Assembly: GCA_002343825.1 (NCBI GenBank) | Contig: DDSL01000134.1 | Location: forward strand, 1-58,152 | Reading direction: 5' to 3' | Length of the DNA stretch: 58,152 nucleotides | Origin: Chthonomonas sp. UBA2391 | Lineage (GTDB): Bacteria; Armatimonadota; Fimbriimonadia; Fimbriimonadales; Fimbriimonadaceae | Shown: positions 42,484 to 51,766 of the stretch, piece by piece | Layout of the letters: each line of letters begins with the position of its first letter | Numbering within the stretch: position 1 is the stretch's first letter | The notes under the pieces: model-generated | The model's database searches: none | Seen by the model: only the letters and a program-made list of their open reading frames with translations | What the model was told of the DNA's origin: nothing | Program-made: the position numbers and the translations under genes

Positions 42484-44183
42484 GCAAGCGCGAGGTACCC
42501 CGCGTGCTTCTCCTCGATGAGTTCTACTGCTGAGCGAATGGTTTCAGCATCGAACTTGAACTCCGCACCAGCGGCCGCAAACAACTCGGGCAGTGTTGCG
42601 GTCCCGGCTAAGGCCAATCCGCGTCGATATTGAGCCACCGCATCGCCTTGGTTTCGCAACGAGTTCCGCCAAACCTGGATCGCGCCGAGTTGGGCGATTC
42701 CGTATTCAACGTAATACAGCGGCACCTGATAGATGTGCAGCTTGCGGTGCCAACCGGCGGACTTGTGGAATTCGAGCCCGGTCCAATCTTCCCAGGACAT
42801 GAACCGGTCCCAAAGATCGCTCCACACCTGATCGCACGCCGTGGCATCGCGGGCGTCGGCGGGATGAGCGTAGACCCAGTGCTGGAAGGCATCGACCACG
42901 GCCATATAGGGCCAGAAGAGAACGATTTTCTCCAGGTGATCTCGGCGAGCGCGGATCGCGTCTTCTTCCGAATAGTAACCACCCTTGTTCTTCTCCAAAT
43001 AGGGATGGGCAAGCAGCTCCATGCTCATCGAGGCGACCTCGCAGAACTCGGTGTTGACGTGCATCTTCAGCCCATTGCCCTGGGTCGAGGCCTCGAACGC
43101 GTGGAAAGCATGGCCAGCCTCGTGCAACAGCGTCATGACATCCCCCGCCGAACCGACGGCGTTCATGAAGATGAAGGGCAACTTTTGGACCGCCAGATAG
43201 GTGCAGTATCCCCCCGGGGCCTTCCCTTTTCGGTTCTCCAAGTCGAGAACCTTGGTCCGTTGCATCATCCGGTACTGCTCGCCGAGGGCCGGATCGACCT
43301 GGTCAAAGATGGCGTTGGCAGTGTTCTCTAGCTCGGCCCCGGTTTGGAACGGCTTCAGCGGTCCCCGGCCCTCGGGATCGACCGCGAGGTCCCAGGGCCG
43401 AAGGGTTTCAAGGCCAAGACGGCGGGCGCGCTCCTTCTGGATTCTCTTGGCCGCAGGAACCACCACTTCTTCGATCGAATCGTGGAACCGCTTGCAGTCG
43501 TCAGGTGTGTAATCGAAGCGCTGCAACACCTCCCACTGGTAGTGCAAGAAGCTCGGATAGCCGGCGTTGGCCGCAATCCTGTCGCGGAGATCCAAAAACT
43601 GCACCCAGAGTTCGTTCAAGGTGCCTCGGTCTCGGGCCCGCCGCTCCATTGCGGTGTGCCAGGCTCGCTCCCTTCGCTCCCGGTCCGGCGATTTGTACTC
43701 TTGCTCCAATCGGGCCAGGGTGATCTCATTCCCCTCCCAGTGGACGGTTTGTGCGGCGATGACTTCGTCGTACTTGAGAGTTAACTTGGCTTCTTCGCTC
43801 TCCAGCGGGACATTGGTCTCGCGGAAGAGGGAGGCCTCACTCCGGAGGTTGCGCACGGGGATCTCGAATCCGGGCGGGGTGAGTCCGGTCGCAAGAAACT
43901 TCTCCTTCAGCTTTTGGTCGGTCCGCTTGGCTTCGGGTTCCAGTTCGTCCAAGAAGGTTTGGAAGTAGGCGTTCGCATTCTCGTCGGTCGTATCGACCGA
44001 CGTGGCGATAGAAAGTCGGGTCGAGAGTTCATCGATTTGGTTTGAGAATTCGGACCACCGATCAAGCCATGCCACGACGTTCTCGGTATTGACTTCGGCG
44101 GCCAGAAGGGCCTCCGCTTCGGGCGCATAGTGACTCCAACTCAGATGAACCTCGGGGTCAAAACCTTCGGGCAACCAGCTCAT
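42480..44183 (-). CDS. M3B family oligoendopeptidase (PepF-like)
   Basis: ORF 42480..44306; the likely start is MSWLPEGFDPE at 44183. The zinc motif HEAGHAFH is present and the overall length fits the M3B/PepF family. Confidence 0.8.
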   Translation of the reverse strand: MSWLPEGFDPEVHLSWSHYAPEAEALLAAEVNTENVVAWLDRWSEFSNQIDELSTRLSIATSVDTTDENANAYFQTFLDELEPEAKRTDQKLKEKFLATGLTPPGFEIPVRNLRSEASLFRETNVPLESEEAKLTLKYDEVIAAQTVHWEGNEITLARLEQEYKSPDRERRERAWHTAMERRARDRGTLNELWVQFLDLRDRIAANAGYPSFLHYQWEVLQRFDYTPDDCKRFHDSIEEVVVPAAKRIQKERARRLGLETLRPWDLAVDPEGRGPLKPFQTGAELENTANAIFDQVDPALGEQYRMMQRTKVLDLENRKGKAPGGYCTYLAVQKLPFIFMNAVGSAGDVMTLLHEAGHAFHAFEASTQGNGLKMHVNTEFCEVASMSMELLAHPYLEKNKGGYYSEEDAIRARRDHLEKIVLFWPYMAVVDAFQHWVYAHPADARDATACDQVWSDLWDRFMSWEDWTGLEFHKSAGWHRKLHIYQVPLYYVEYGIAQLGAIQVWRNSLRNQGDAVAQYRRGLALAGTATLPELFAAAGAEFKFDAETIRSAVELIEEKHAGYLALA

Positions 44184-44214
44184 GGATTCATTGTAGCCGG
44201 TTGATTCAGGGGAG

Positions 44215-45384
44215 TTAAGCTCGGAGGAACCATCTACGGCGGTAGCAGTAGGCCAGCGCCAGCCACGTGAGGCCGATGTAGATCCCGGTATAGGCGGCCC
44301 CGCCAAAAACGGGGCCGCCGTGCAGCTTGAGAAAGTCGAGCGCGGCCACGTGCATCTCCTTCCGTTCCTCGCCCCAAGGCAGGGTCCAGGCCTTGAAGAG
44401 CAAGAACTTGATCAGGATCGGCCCGACATAAGCCAACAATGCATTGGTGCCCAGCACAACAAAGGGCCAAGTCCACTCCCGATGATCCAAGACCTCGATG
44501 ATCATCGTGAGGATGGCGATCGCAAAGAGCCCCAACGCTCCCGTTAGGAGAATGTAGCTCGGCGTCCAAACGGGCTTGTTATAGGGCAACACGAGGTTAA
44601 CCACCACACCCAGAATCCACCAAATCGCACCCACCCGAAGAAGCCACGGAACCGGGGTCGTTGGGGCCAGACCCAGTTGACGGGTCCGGACAAATTGCTG
44701 CCCCGCGAGCGCGCCAAGCGCAACCAGAGGCGCAGTCGGAATCACGCTCAACAAACCAGCCAGTCGGAAAGGTTCTTTGAGGTAGGTCTCGTTCACCCAG
44801 CGGAAGACGTTCAGCTTTTCCTCAAATCCCGGCCCACCCGGATAGGGATAGAACAGCGCAAAGCAACCATAGCCGAGGAGCAAGCCGCCGATCCAGTACC
44901 AACGCTTCCGATCAGGAAGGCGGTAGATTGCAAAGCCGCCGATGTAGGCCAAGCCGATGAGTTGAAGAACGCCCAGCGTGAACGCCGGGCGCTTTTCCAT
45001 GGCGGACTGCAACACCAACCCCCAAAAGAAGATCATCGCCCCGCGCCGAAGAACCCTCGGCCAAGGGTTCGCATCTTCGGGTCGAACCGAGAACGGAATG
45101 CTCAAACCCACCATGAGCAGAAACCACGGAAAAACCCAGTCTGCCATGGTCACCCCTTCATTCCAAGGGGCGTGGACCAGAGTAGCGGGAGTGAACTCGC
45201 CAAGGGCAATGTTGTTCACCAACAACATGAGCAAAATGTTGAGGCCTCGGAACGTATCGAGTGACAAAAGCCGCGGTGCGGGCTTGTGCTCCAGACTTTC
45301 TGCAGGTATCTTCGCCTGTTGAGTCTTCGGCTTGGAAGGCTCTCCGGCAGCGTTGCCGGAATTCTGCTCTCCAGGAACTCCCAT
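44215..45384 (-). CDS. DUF5009/heparan-alpha-glucosaminide N-acetyltransferase-like membrane acyltransferase
   Basis: RLLSLDTFRGLNILLMLLVNN is the characteristic N-terminal motif of this family. The protein is polytopic, with about 10 TM helices. Confidence 0.7.
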   Translation of the reverse strand: MGVPGEQNSGNAAGEPSKPKTQQAKIPAESLEHKPAPRLLSLDTFRGLNILLMLLVNNIALGEFTPATLVHAPWNEGVTMADWVFPWFLLMVGLSIPFSVRPEDANPWPRVLRRGAMIFFWGLVLQSAMEKRPAFTLGVLQLIGLAYIGGFAIYRLPDRKRWYWIGGLLLGYGCFALFYPYPGGPGFEEKLNVFRWVNETYLKEPFRLAGLLSVIPTAPLVALGALAGQQFVRTRQLGLAPTTPVPWLLRVGAIWWILGVVVNLVLPYNKPVWTPSYILLTGALGLFAIAILTMIIEVLDHREWTWPFVVLGTNALLAYVGPILIKFLLFKAWTLPWGEERKEMHVAALDFLKLHGGPVFGGAAYTGIYIGLTWLALAYCYRRRWFLRA

Positions 45385-45396
45385 CTTTTTGCCATC

Positions 45397-46437
45397 ATGG
45401 CCCGTACGCCTCTTCCTTTGCCCACCAACCTCGTGGAAGCCCGCCGTCCGAGCCCAAAGCCAAGCCCTCGTCCCCCGATCCTCGGGGGACTCTGCCCCCG
45501 GACGGCGGGATGCCCTCGCCTCGTGGCGAGCGCCCTGATCATCCTCGCCTCACTGAGCGCCTCCGCGAGTCCTTACACATTGGCCTTCTATTTGGCTCTG
45601 AGGCCCAAGCCCGCTCCGGCGCCGGTCAAGCCGCCGACCGTTGAAGCCCAAGAGACTCCGGACACCGACCCGACCGTCAGTCGCCCGAGGAGCCGCCAAA
45701 TCGTCAATCCTCCGCGCTGGATGGTCCGCAACGAGGCCATCCCCGAGCGAGCCGATCCTTATTGGCAACGAGCCAAAGCCAAGATCCAGCCGATCCTGCA
45801 GAAGGGAGACTGGAAGAACCTCCCGGCCCAAGCCAGAGGACTCGGGAACCCCTACCACGGCTGGATCAACCTGACCTTTGACGACGGTCCCCACGATCGG
45901 TGGACCCGTGATCTTTTGGCCCTTCTTCGCAAAGAAAACGTGAAGGTCACCTTCTTTGTCGTTGGAAAGATGGTCCGCAAGAACCCTGATACCCTCCGCG
46001 CGATCCATGCCGAAGGGCACGAGATCGCCAACCACACGTTTAGCCACGCTCCCCTGAGCAAGCTCACCCCCGAAGAAGTCTTGACCGAGTACGAAGCCTG
46101 TAACCTCATCATCGAGGACATCGTCGGGATTCGCCCTACCATCACCCGCCCGCCCGGCGGACGTAGGACCGCAGACGTCTACAGATTGGGGACCGCCCTC
46201 GGGCTCACGACCTCGCTCTGGACCGAAGACCCGCTGGACTACGTTTCTCCCGGGGCGGACGTACTTTATCGGGACATGGTCGACGGTCTGCGGCCGGGCG
46301 CCGTGTATCTCCTGCACAACAACGTGAAGCAGACCCTCGAGATGCTTCCCCGCTTCATCCGCGAGGCTCGGCGGCAGGGCTATGAGTTCAAGACCACCGC
46401 CGAGATCTACGCGCCCGAACCCGAAGCCACCCCCTAA
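45397..46437 (+). CDS. polysaccharide deacetylase family protein (NodB homology domain)
   Basis: ORF 45286..46437; the likely start is MARTPLPLP at 45397, only 12 bp from the divergent 45384 start. The motifs INLTFDDGPH, HEIANHTFSH and RPPGG are present. It has an N-terminal TM anchor and a Pro-rich linker. Confidence 0.85.
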   Translation: MARTPLPLPTNLVEARRPSPKPSPRPPILGGLCPRTAGCPRLVASALIILASLSASASPYTLAFYLALRPKPAPAPVKPPTVEAQETPDTDPTVSRPRSRQIVNPPRWMVRNEAIPERADPYWQRAKAKIQPILQKGDWKNLPAQARGLGNPYHGWINLTFDDGPHDRWTRDLLALLRKENVKVTFFVVGKMVRKNPDTLRAIHAEGHEIANHTFSHAPLSKLTPEEVLTEYEACNLIIEDIVGIRPTITRPPGGRRTADVYRLGTALGLTTSLWTEDPLDYVSPGADVLYRDMVDGLRPGAVYLLHNNVKQTLEMLPRFIREARRQGYEFKTTAEIYAPEPEATP

Positions 46438-46467
46438 ACAAAAAATGCCCCGCGAGGTGCGCGGGGC
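46438..46467 (-). terminator. intrinsic terminator downstream of ftsZ
   Basis: GCCCCGCG-aggtg-CGCGGGGC (46447-46467). On the minus strand it is followed by ATTTTTTG. Confidence 0.6.
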
Positions 46468-46513
46468 GAGTGTTGGACCAGTACGTTGCTGTACGAAAGA
46501 CGTGTTGGGGGGC

Positions 46514-47641
46514 CTAGCCGCCCTGCTTTTGCCGCCGAAGGAAGCTCGGGATATCGATATCGATTTCGCTGAGTTGGATGGGCGGCGGCGAGGTCGGAGC
46601 AACGGCCGCCGTGGGCTCCGGTTGAGCGACCGGAGCAACCGGCGTAGGCTGTCCGAAGACTGCCTGATCAAGGGTAGGTGGTACGCGCGACGGGTCCATA
46701 CCGGCCGCGATCAGGGTAATCAAAACTTCGCCGTCGTTCAGGTCTCGGGTCACGTGGCCCATAAAGATCTCGGCATCTTCGGAGTCGGCAAAATGTTGCA
46801 GGTACTCCATCGCCTCGTGAGCTTCACCAAGGGTGAAGTCGCGCCCAGCCGTGATGTTCACCAAGAGCTTCTTGGCCCCGACGATCGAGGTCTCCAACAT
46901 CGGGCTATTGGCCGCGCCTTGAGCCGCGAGACGCGCTCGGTGTTCGCCGACGCCTCGCCCCATCCCCATCAGGGCCATCCCTGCATCGCGCATCACGCTT
47001 CGTACGTCGGCAAAATCCACGTTGATCAAGCCAGGAAGCAAGACGATATCGCTGATGCCTTGGACGCCCTGACGGAGAACGTCATCGGCGGCGGCAAACG
47101 CCACTTGCATGGTGGCGCGCTTATCCACGACGCTGAGAAGGCGGTCATTCGGAACCACGATCAGCGTATCGACCTGGGCGCGGAGCATGTCCGTGCCATC
47201 TTCGGCCAAGCGCTTGCGGCGCGGGCCTTCAAACAAGAAAGGTTTGGTGACGACACCGACGGTAAGGATCCCCATCCGCCGGGCGATTTCGGCCACGACA
47301 GGAGCTCCACCAGTTCCCGTTCCACCACCCATACCGGCGGTGATGAAGACCATGTCCGTACCTTCGAGGAGTTCGGAAATCTGCTTCTCCGATTCTTTCG
47401 CCGCCGATTCCCCCACTTTGGGGTCTCCGCCGGAGCCGAGTCCTCGGGTCGTGCCCTGTCCCAGTTGAACCTTGACCGCAGCCTTGTTTTGCTCGAGGGC
47501 TTGGGCATCGGTGTTCATGCTGACAAAGGTCACACCGGTGAGGCCGCATTCCACCATGCGGTTGATGGCATTTCCTCCGGCACCTCCGATTCCAATGACC
47601 TTTAGGTGAGCTTGCGTATCGAACAGGTTCTTGGGCAGCAT
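46514..47641 (-). CDS. ftsZ: cell division protein FtsZ
   Basis: GIGGAGGNAINRM, the tubulin signature GGGTGTGGAPVVAEIA and the C-terminal peptide DIDIPSFLRRQ are all present. Confidence 0.95.
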   Translation of the reverse strand: MLPKNLFDTQAHLKVIGIGGAGGNAINRMVECGLTGVTFVSMNTDAQALEQNKAAVKVQLGQGTTRGLGSGGDPKVGESAAKESEKQISELLEGTDMVFITAGMGGGTGTGGAPVVAEIARRMGILTVGVVTKPFLFEGPRRKRLAEDGTDMLRAQVDTLIVVPNDRLLSVVDKRATMQVAFAAADDVLRQGVQGISDIVLLPGLINVDFADVRSVMRDAGMALMGMGRGVGEHRARLAAQGAANSPMLETSIVGAKKLLVNITAGRDFTLGEAHEAMEYLQHFADSEDAEIFMGHVTRDLNDGEVLITLIAAGMDPSRVPPTLDQAVFGQPTPVAPVAQPEPTAAVAPTSPPPIQLSEIDIDIPSFLRRQKQGG

Positions 47642-47760
47642 TGTTGGGCTTGCATCAACGGACGGAACGCCCCCGCAAAAAGACGCGCCGAGTTCCGAGA
47701 TTTCTCAATTCGCCGCTCAAGGAACCGAGTCCGATATACTAGAGCATTCTTCTGGAAGCC

Positions 47761-49086
47761 ATGACACCGACCGCCCACCCCGCTACCGCCCAACAACTCA
47801 TCGACAAAATCCGTAACAAAACGGCTCAGGTAGCCGTCGTCGGGCTCGGCTATGTCGGATTGCCCTTCGCCGTCGAAAAGGCCAAGGTCGGTTACTCGGT
47901 CATGGGGATCGAGCAAAACCCACTCCGCGCCGAGCGCGTCAACCGAGGCGACAACTACATCGGGGACGTTGACGACGCCGAGCTGAAAGAACTCACCGAA
48001 AAGGGACTGATTCGGGCCGTCACCAACTTTGAGAACGTCAAGGATTGCGATGTGATCGTGGTGTGCGTCCCGACCCCACTCACCAAAAATTTGACCCCCG
48101 ACCTGCAGTACGTCGAAAGCGTGACCCGCGAAGTCGCCCGCCATCTGCGCCCTGGTCAACTCATCAGCCTCGAAAGCACCACCTATCCCGGAACCACCGA
48201 GGAAGTCATGCTCCCGATCCTCGCCAGCAGTGGGCTCAAGGTGGACGAAGACTTTTTCCTCGCCCACTCTCCGGAGCGGGTCGATCCCGGTAACCAACGC
48301 TACACCACCAAGAACACCCACAAGGTCGTAGGCGGAGTGGGACCCACCTCGCTCGAAGTGGCGAAGGAGTTCTATGGTCAGACAATCCTCAACATCGTCC
48401 CTGTCAACAGCGCCAAAGCCGCCGAACTGACCAAGGTCTTCGAGAACACCTTCCGGGCCGTCAACATTGCTCTGGTGAACGAACTTTGCCAACTCTGCGA
48501 TCGGCTCGACCTCGACGTCTGGGAAGTCCTTGATGCGGCCTTCACCAAGCCTTTTGGAATCATGCCGTTCTATCCTGGCCCCGGGGTCGGCGGTCACTGC
48601 ATCCCCATCGACCCGCACTACCTGGAATGGAAAGCCAAGGAGGTGAACTTCAACACCGAGTTCATCGCCCTCGCCGGACGGATCAATCGCTCAATGCCCG
48701 AATTCGTTCTGGAAAAAACCCAACGGATCCTGAACGAGCGCGGCGTGGCCCTCAGCCGAGCCAAGATCGTCCAGTTCGGGATCGCCTATAAGGCCGACCT
48801 CGATGACTGGCGAGAATCTCCCGCCATTGAGGTCTTTGAACTCCTGCGCAACTCAGGGGCCGATGTAACGGTGGTGGATAGCTGGGTGCCTGAGTTTGAG
48901 CTCCACCGAGAATCTTTCACCACGGTCTCGGACTGGGAAGCGGCCACCGCGGCGTGTGATCTGGCCATCATCACGACCCACCACAAGAACGTGGATTACC
49001 AGCGCGTGCTGGAGGTGGCTCCGGTGGTGTTTGACACCCGAAATGCCCTGAAGGGCCTCCTCCACGAGAAGTTGATTCGGCTGTGA
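47761..49086 (+). CDS. nucleotide-sugar dehydrogenase (UDP-GlcNAc/UDP-ManNAc 6-dehydrogenase family)
   Basis: Rossmann motif VVGLGYVGLPFA. The catalytic Cys block is GPGVGGHCIPIDP. The length (441 aa) fits WbpA/WecC-type enzymes. Confidence 0.85.
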   Translation: MTPTAHPATAQQLIDKIRNKTAQVAVVGLGYVGLPFAVEKAKVGYSVMGIEQNPLRAERVNRGDNYIGDVDDAELKELTEKGLIRAVTNFENVKDCDVIVVCVPTPLTKNLTPDLQYVESVTREVARHLRPGQLISLESTTYPGTTEEVMLPILASSGLKVDEDFFLAHSPERVDPGNQRYTTKNTHKVVGGVGPTSLEVAKEFYGQTILNIVPVNSAKAAELTKVFENTFRAVNIALVNELCQLCDRLDLDVWEVLDAAFTKPFGIMPFYPGPGVGGHCIPIDPHYLEWKAKEVNFNTEFIALAGRINRSMPEFVLEKTQRILNERGVALSRAKIVQFGIAYKADLDDWRESPAIEVFELLRNSGADVTVVDSWVPEFELHRESFTTVSDWEAATAACDLAIITTHHKNVDYQRVLEVAPVVFDTRNALKGLLHEKLIRL

Positions 49087-49098
49087 TAGATCCGATAA

Positions 49099-49134
49099 GT
49101 CCTATAGGTCCTATGTGACCTATAAGACCTATCA
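49099..49134. repeat. four tandem 9-bp repeats (GTCCTATAG GTCCTATGT GACCTATAA GACCTATCA)
   Basis: Read directly in the 52-bp AT-rich spacer between two convergent genes. The repeats are bracketed by the inverted repeat GTGATAG (49083-49089) / CTATCAC (49130-49136). Confidence 0.7.
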
Positions 49135-49138
49135 CGAC

Positions 49139-49927
49139 TTAGACTGGGTTGCCAGGTTGGTCGCCGCCTTGGCCTTGACCTTGGCTGATGCGCTTTTCGA
49201 GTTCGTCGAGCTGACTATCGATGTCGCTGGTCGCGGTGGTTTGCACGGGTGCCTCGGCTGGGGTCGCGAGTCCGAGTCGCTCTTCGAGCTTCTTCAGTTC
49301 TTCGTCGGCGGCCATGTCCATCGCGTTGTCTTCCATTTGGAAGATCTTGCCCTGGATGCTGGTGCCAAACATCTCGTTTCGGGCTTGGGCCTCGGCCTGC
49401 TTGTTCGAGATCTTCTCGCGCGCGGCAGCGAAACTGCCCTCATATTGATCCTCGAAGGTGAGCCCCTGGAGTGCGCGCGTGATCGATTCTTGGATCTGCG
49501 ACTGCTTCCACTGGGCCTTGAGGGCGAGAGCCTCGGCGGCCTTTTTCTTGACTTCTTCTTCTTGGCGCTTGATCGCGACCTTCACCTGCTCGACGGTCTC
49601 TTGGGCCGCGGCGAGGGTCGGGCGCAGGCTTTCGATCGATTGATCCAGCGTCGCCTTTTCTCGCAAAAACTGCCGCGCAAGGTCGCGATTGCCTTGCTTG
49701 AGGGCCATGCCCGCTTGGCTTTCCAGTTGAGCAGCCTTCTTTTCCTGCTCTTCGAGCATCATCTGCAGGCGGTTTTTCTGGGTGATCGCCTGCACCGCTT
49801 TCTCGCGATTGGCGGTGAGCGCCGTCGTCATGTCCCGACGAGCCTGATCCAGCATGACCTCTGGATCCTCCACCTTATCCATGGCTCGGTTAAAAAGGGC
49901 GCGAATCCAGGCAATAAACCGCTTCAT
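49139..49927 (-). CDS. pspA: PspA/IM30 family protein
   Basis: MKRFIAWIRALFNRAMDKVEDPEVMLDQARRDM... with a long coiled coil throughout, typical of PspA/Vipp1. Confidence 0.85.
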   Translation of the reverse strand: MKRFIAWIRALFNRAMDKVEDPEVMLDQARRDMTTALTANREKAVQAITQKNRLQMMLEEQEKKAAQLESQAGMALKQGNRDLARQFLREKATLDQSIESLRPTLAAAQETVEQVKVAIKRQEEEVKKKAAEALALKAQWKQSQIQESITRALQGLTFEDQYEGSFAAAREKISNKQAEAQARNEMFGTSIQGKIFQMEDNAMDMAADEELKKLEERLGLATPAEAPVQTTATSDIDSQLDELEKRISQGQGQGGDQPGNPV

Positions 49928-50058
49928 TTCTCTTCTAGTATTCCTTGATTAAGCCGCGAGTATACACGCGGACCGACAATGCTCCCACGGACTCTCCTCC
50001 CACCCATACTCCGGACGACCCCGGCCCGGTTGCAGACCAGTCGGATATCCTCTGTTTA

Positions 50059-50760
50059 ATGCGTGCAGCGATAGGTCTATTGGCCCTCGGTTCGTTGTTC
50101 TGGGTCGGCTGCGGTGGCCCCGCTTCCGATCACCCATCCACCGATCCGGCGAGCGCGATCCTCGACCCGAGCGAAGTCTCTCCGACCCCGGAAACGATGA
50201 AGACCTTGCCGGAGCAACTGGTCGGGACCTTTGCGCCGAACTTTGAACTCCCCACCGAAGACGGCAAACCAACCCGACGCGAGGCGATGCAGGCAGGCAA
50301 GGCAGCCCTCATCTACTTCATCCAGCGCGACTGCCCGTGCTGCGTGGATGCCGCCTCCTTTGTCACCAAACTCACCGATGCTCTGAGGGGACAGGTCACC
50401 TTGATCGGGTTGATTAACGGCGACCCAAAGCAAGCGGCGCAATGGAAGAAAGCCAACGACTTCCCTGGCATCATGGCCTGCGACCCCGAAGAAAAAGTCA
50501 TCCGCGACTTTCGGGTTGAGACCGGGGTGGCGTTCTTCTTGCTTCAAAAAGACGGAAAGATCGTCCACGTCGCCCCGGGCTACAGCGTGGATGCCTTTGG
50601 AGAACTTCTCACCAAAGCCGAATCGCTGATGGACCAGCCCGCAGCCCGGGTCAGCTTTGAGGGCGCACCGAAAGATCTGACCAGCGGATGCTTTTTCAAG
50701 TGGCCCAGTGGAGGGGGAGAAGTTCCCACCCACGAAGGGAATTCCCCGAGCAGCCAATAA
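50059..50760 (+). CDS. thioredoxin-fold (TlpA/redoxin-like) lipoprotein
   Basis: ORF 49945..50760; the likely start is MRAAIGLLALGSLFWVGCGG at 50059 (lipobox VGC). FAPNFELPTEDGK...ALIYFIQRDCPCCVDA gives a CxxC (CPCC) in the thioredoxin-fold position. Confidence 0.65.
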   Translation: MRAAIGLLALGSLFWVGCGGPASDHPSTDPASAILDPSEVSPTPETMKTLPEQLVGTFAPNFELPTEDGKPTRREAMQAGKAALIYFIQRDCPCCVDAASFVTKLTDALRGQVTLIGLINGDPKQAAQWKKANDFPGIMACDPEEKVIRDFRVETGVAFFLLQKDGKIVHVAPGYSVDAFGELLTKAESLMDQPAARVSFEGAPKDLTSGCFFKWPSGGGEVPTHEGNSPSSQ

Positions 50761-50818
50761 GTTATGTATCCTTGAGATAAACCGCGCAACGGCGCGCGGG
50801 GAACAAAGGAGTTCGTCT

Positions 50819-51766
50819 ATGCACAGCAGTTTTGACCTTGATTTTCTTTCCGTCACCGAAGCCGCCGCTTTGAACTGCGCCCGATGGGTGGGCAAGGGCC
50901 AGCGAGACCTGGCCGACGATGCCGCGTGTTCGGCCATGAGGTCCACGCTGAACGAACTCGCCATGTGCGGGACCATCGTGATCGGCGAAGGGGAGCGCGA
51001 CGAAGCGCCCATGCTCTACATTGGAGAGAAGGTCGGCAACGGCGAAGGACCGAGTGTCCAGATCGCCGTGGACCCCCTCGAAGGCACGAACCTCTGCGCC
51101 AACGGAACTCCCAACGCGATCTCGGTTTTGGCCGCCACCATCGAGGGTCAGGGCCAGCTGATGCATGCCCCCGACTGCTACATGGAGAAGCTAGTGGTCG
51201 GCCCCGAGTGCCGTGGGGTGATCGATATCACCGTTCCGCCTCGGGTCAACGTCCGCCTGATGGGCAAGGCCCTGGGCAAGGACACCGACGAACTGACCAT
51301 CGGCGTCCTCGACAGACCACGCCATGATGCCTTGATCGCCGAAGTCCGCGAAGCCGGAGCCCGGGTGCATTTAATTCCCGACGGAGATCTCTCGGTCGCG
51401 ATCGCAGCCCTGGACCCCGATGCGGGGATCGATGCCCTGATGGGGATCGGAGGCGCCCCCGAGGGCGTGATTTCGGCCGCCGCCGTGCTTTGCTGCGGAG
51501 GCGAGATGCAGGCCCGATTGCGATTTAGCAATGAAGAACAGCGCGAACGCGCGGCCAAGATGGTGGGCGGCGATTTGGATCGCGTCTTTTCGACCGAAGA
51601 TCTCGCGACCGGGGCGGTCGTCGTGGTCGCGACCGGTATCACGAGCGGCGACCTCTTGAAGGGCGTGCGCTATCGGCGCGGATTAGCCATGACCGAGAGC
51701 ATCGTAATGAACTCTCAGACTGGCATCGTCCGGCGCATCGAGTCGCAGCACCTCACCCGCTCTTGA
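50819..51766 (+). CDS. glpX: class II fructose-1,6-bisphosphatase
   Basis: ORF 50708..51766; the start is MHSSFDLDFLSVTEAAALNCARWVGKG at 50819. The GlpX blocks IVIGEGERDEAPMLYIGE, VDPLEGTN and GIGGAPEGV are present. Confidence 0.9.
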   Translation: MHSSFDLDFLSVTEAAALNCARWVGKGQRDLADDAACSAMRSTLNELAMCGTIVIGEGERDEAPMLYIGEKVGNGEGPSVQIAVDPLEGTNLCANGTPNAISVLAATIEGQGQLMHAPDCYMEKLVVGPECRGVIDITVPPRVNVRLMGKALGKDTDELTIGVLDRPRHDALIAEVREAGARVHLIPDGDLSVAIAALDPDAGIDALMGIGGAPEGVISAAAVLCCGGEMQARLRFSNEEQRERAAKMVGGDLDRVFSTEDLATGAVVVVATGITSGDLLKGVRYRRGLAMTESIVMNSQTGIVRRIESQHLTRS

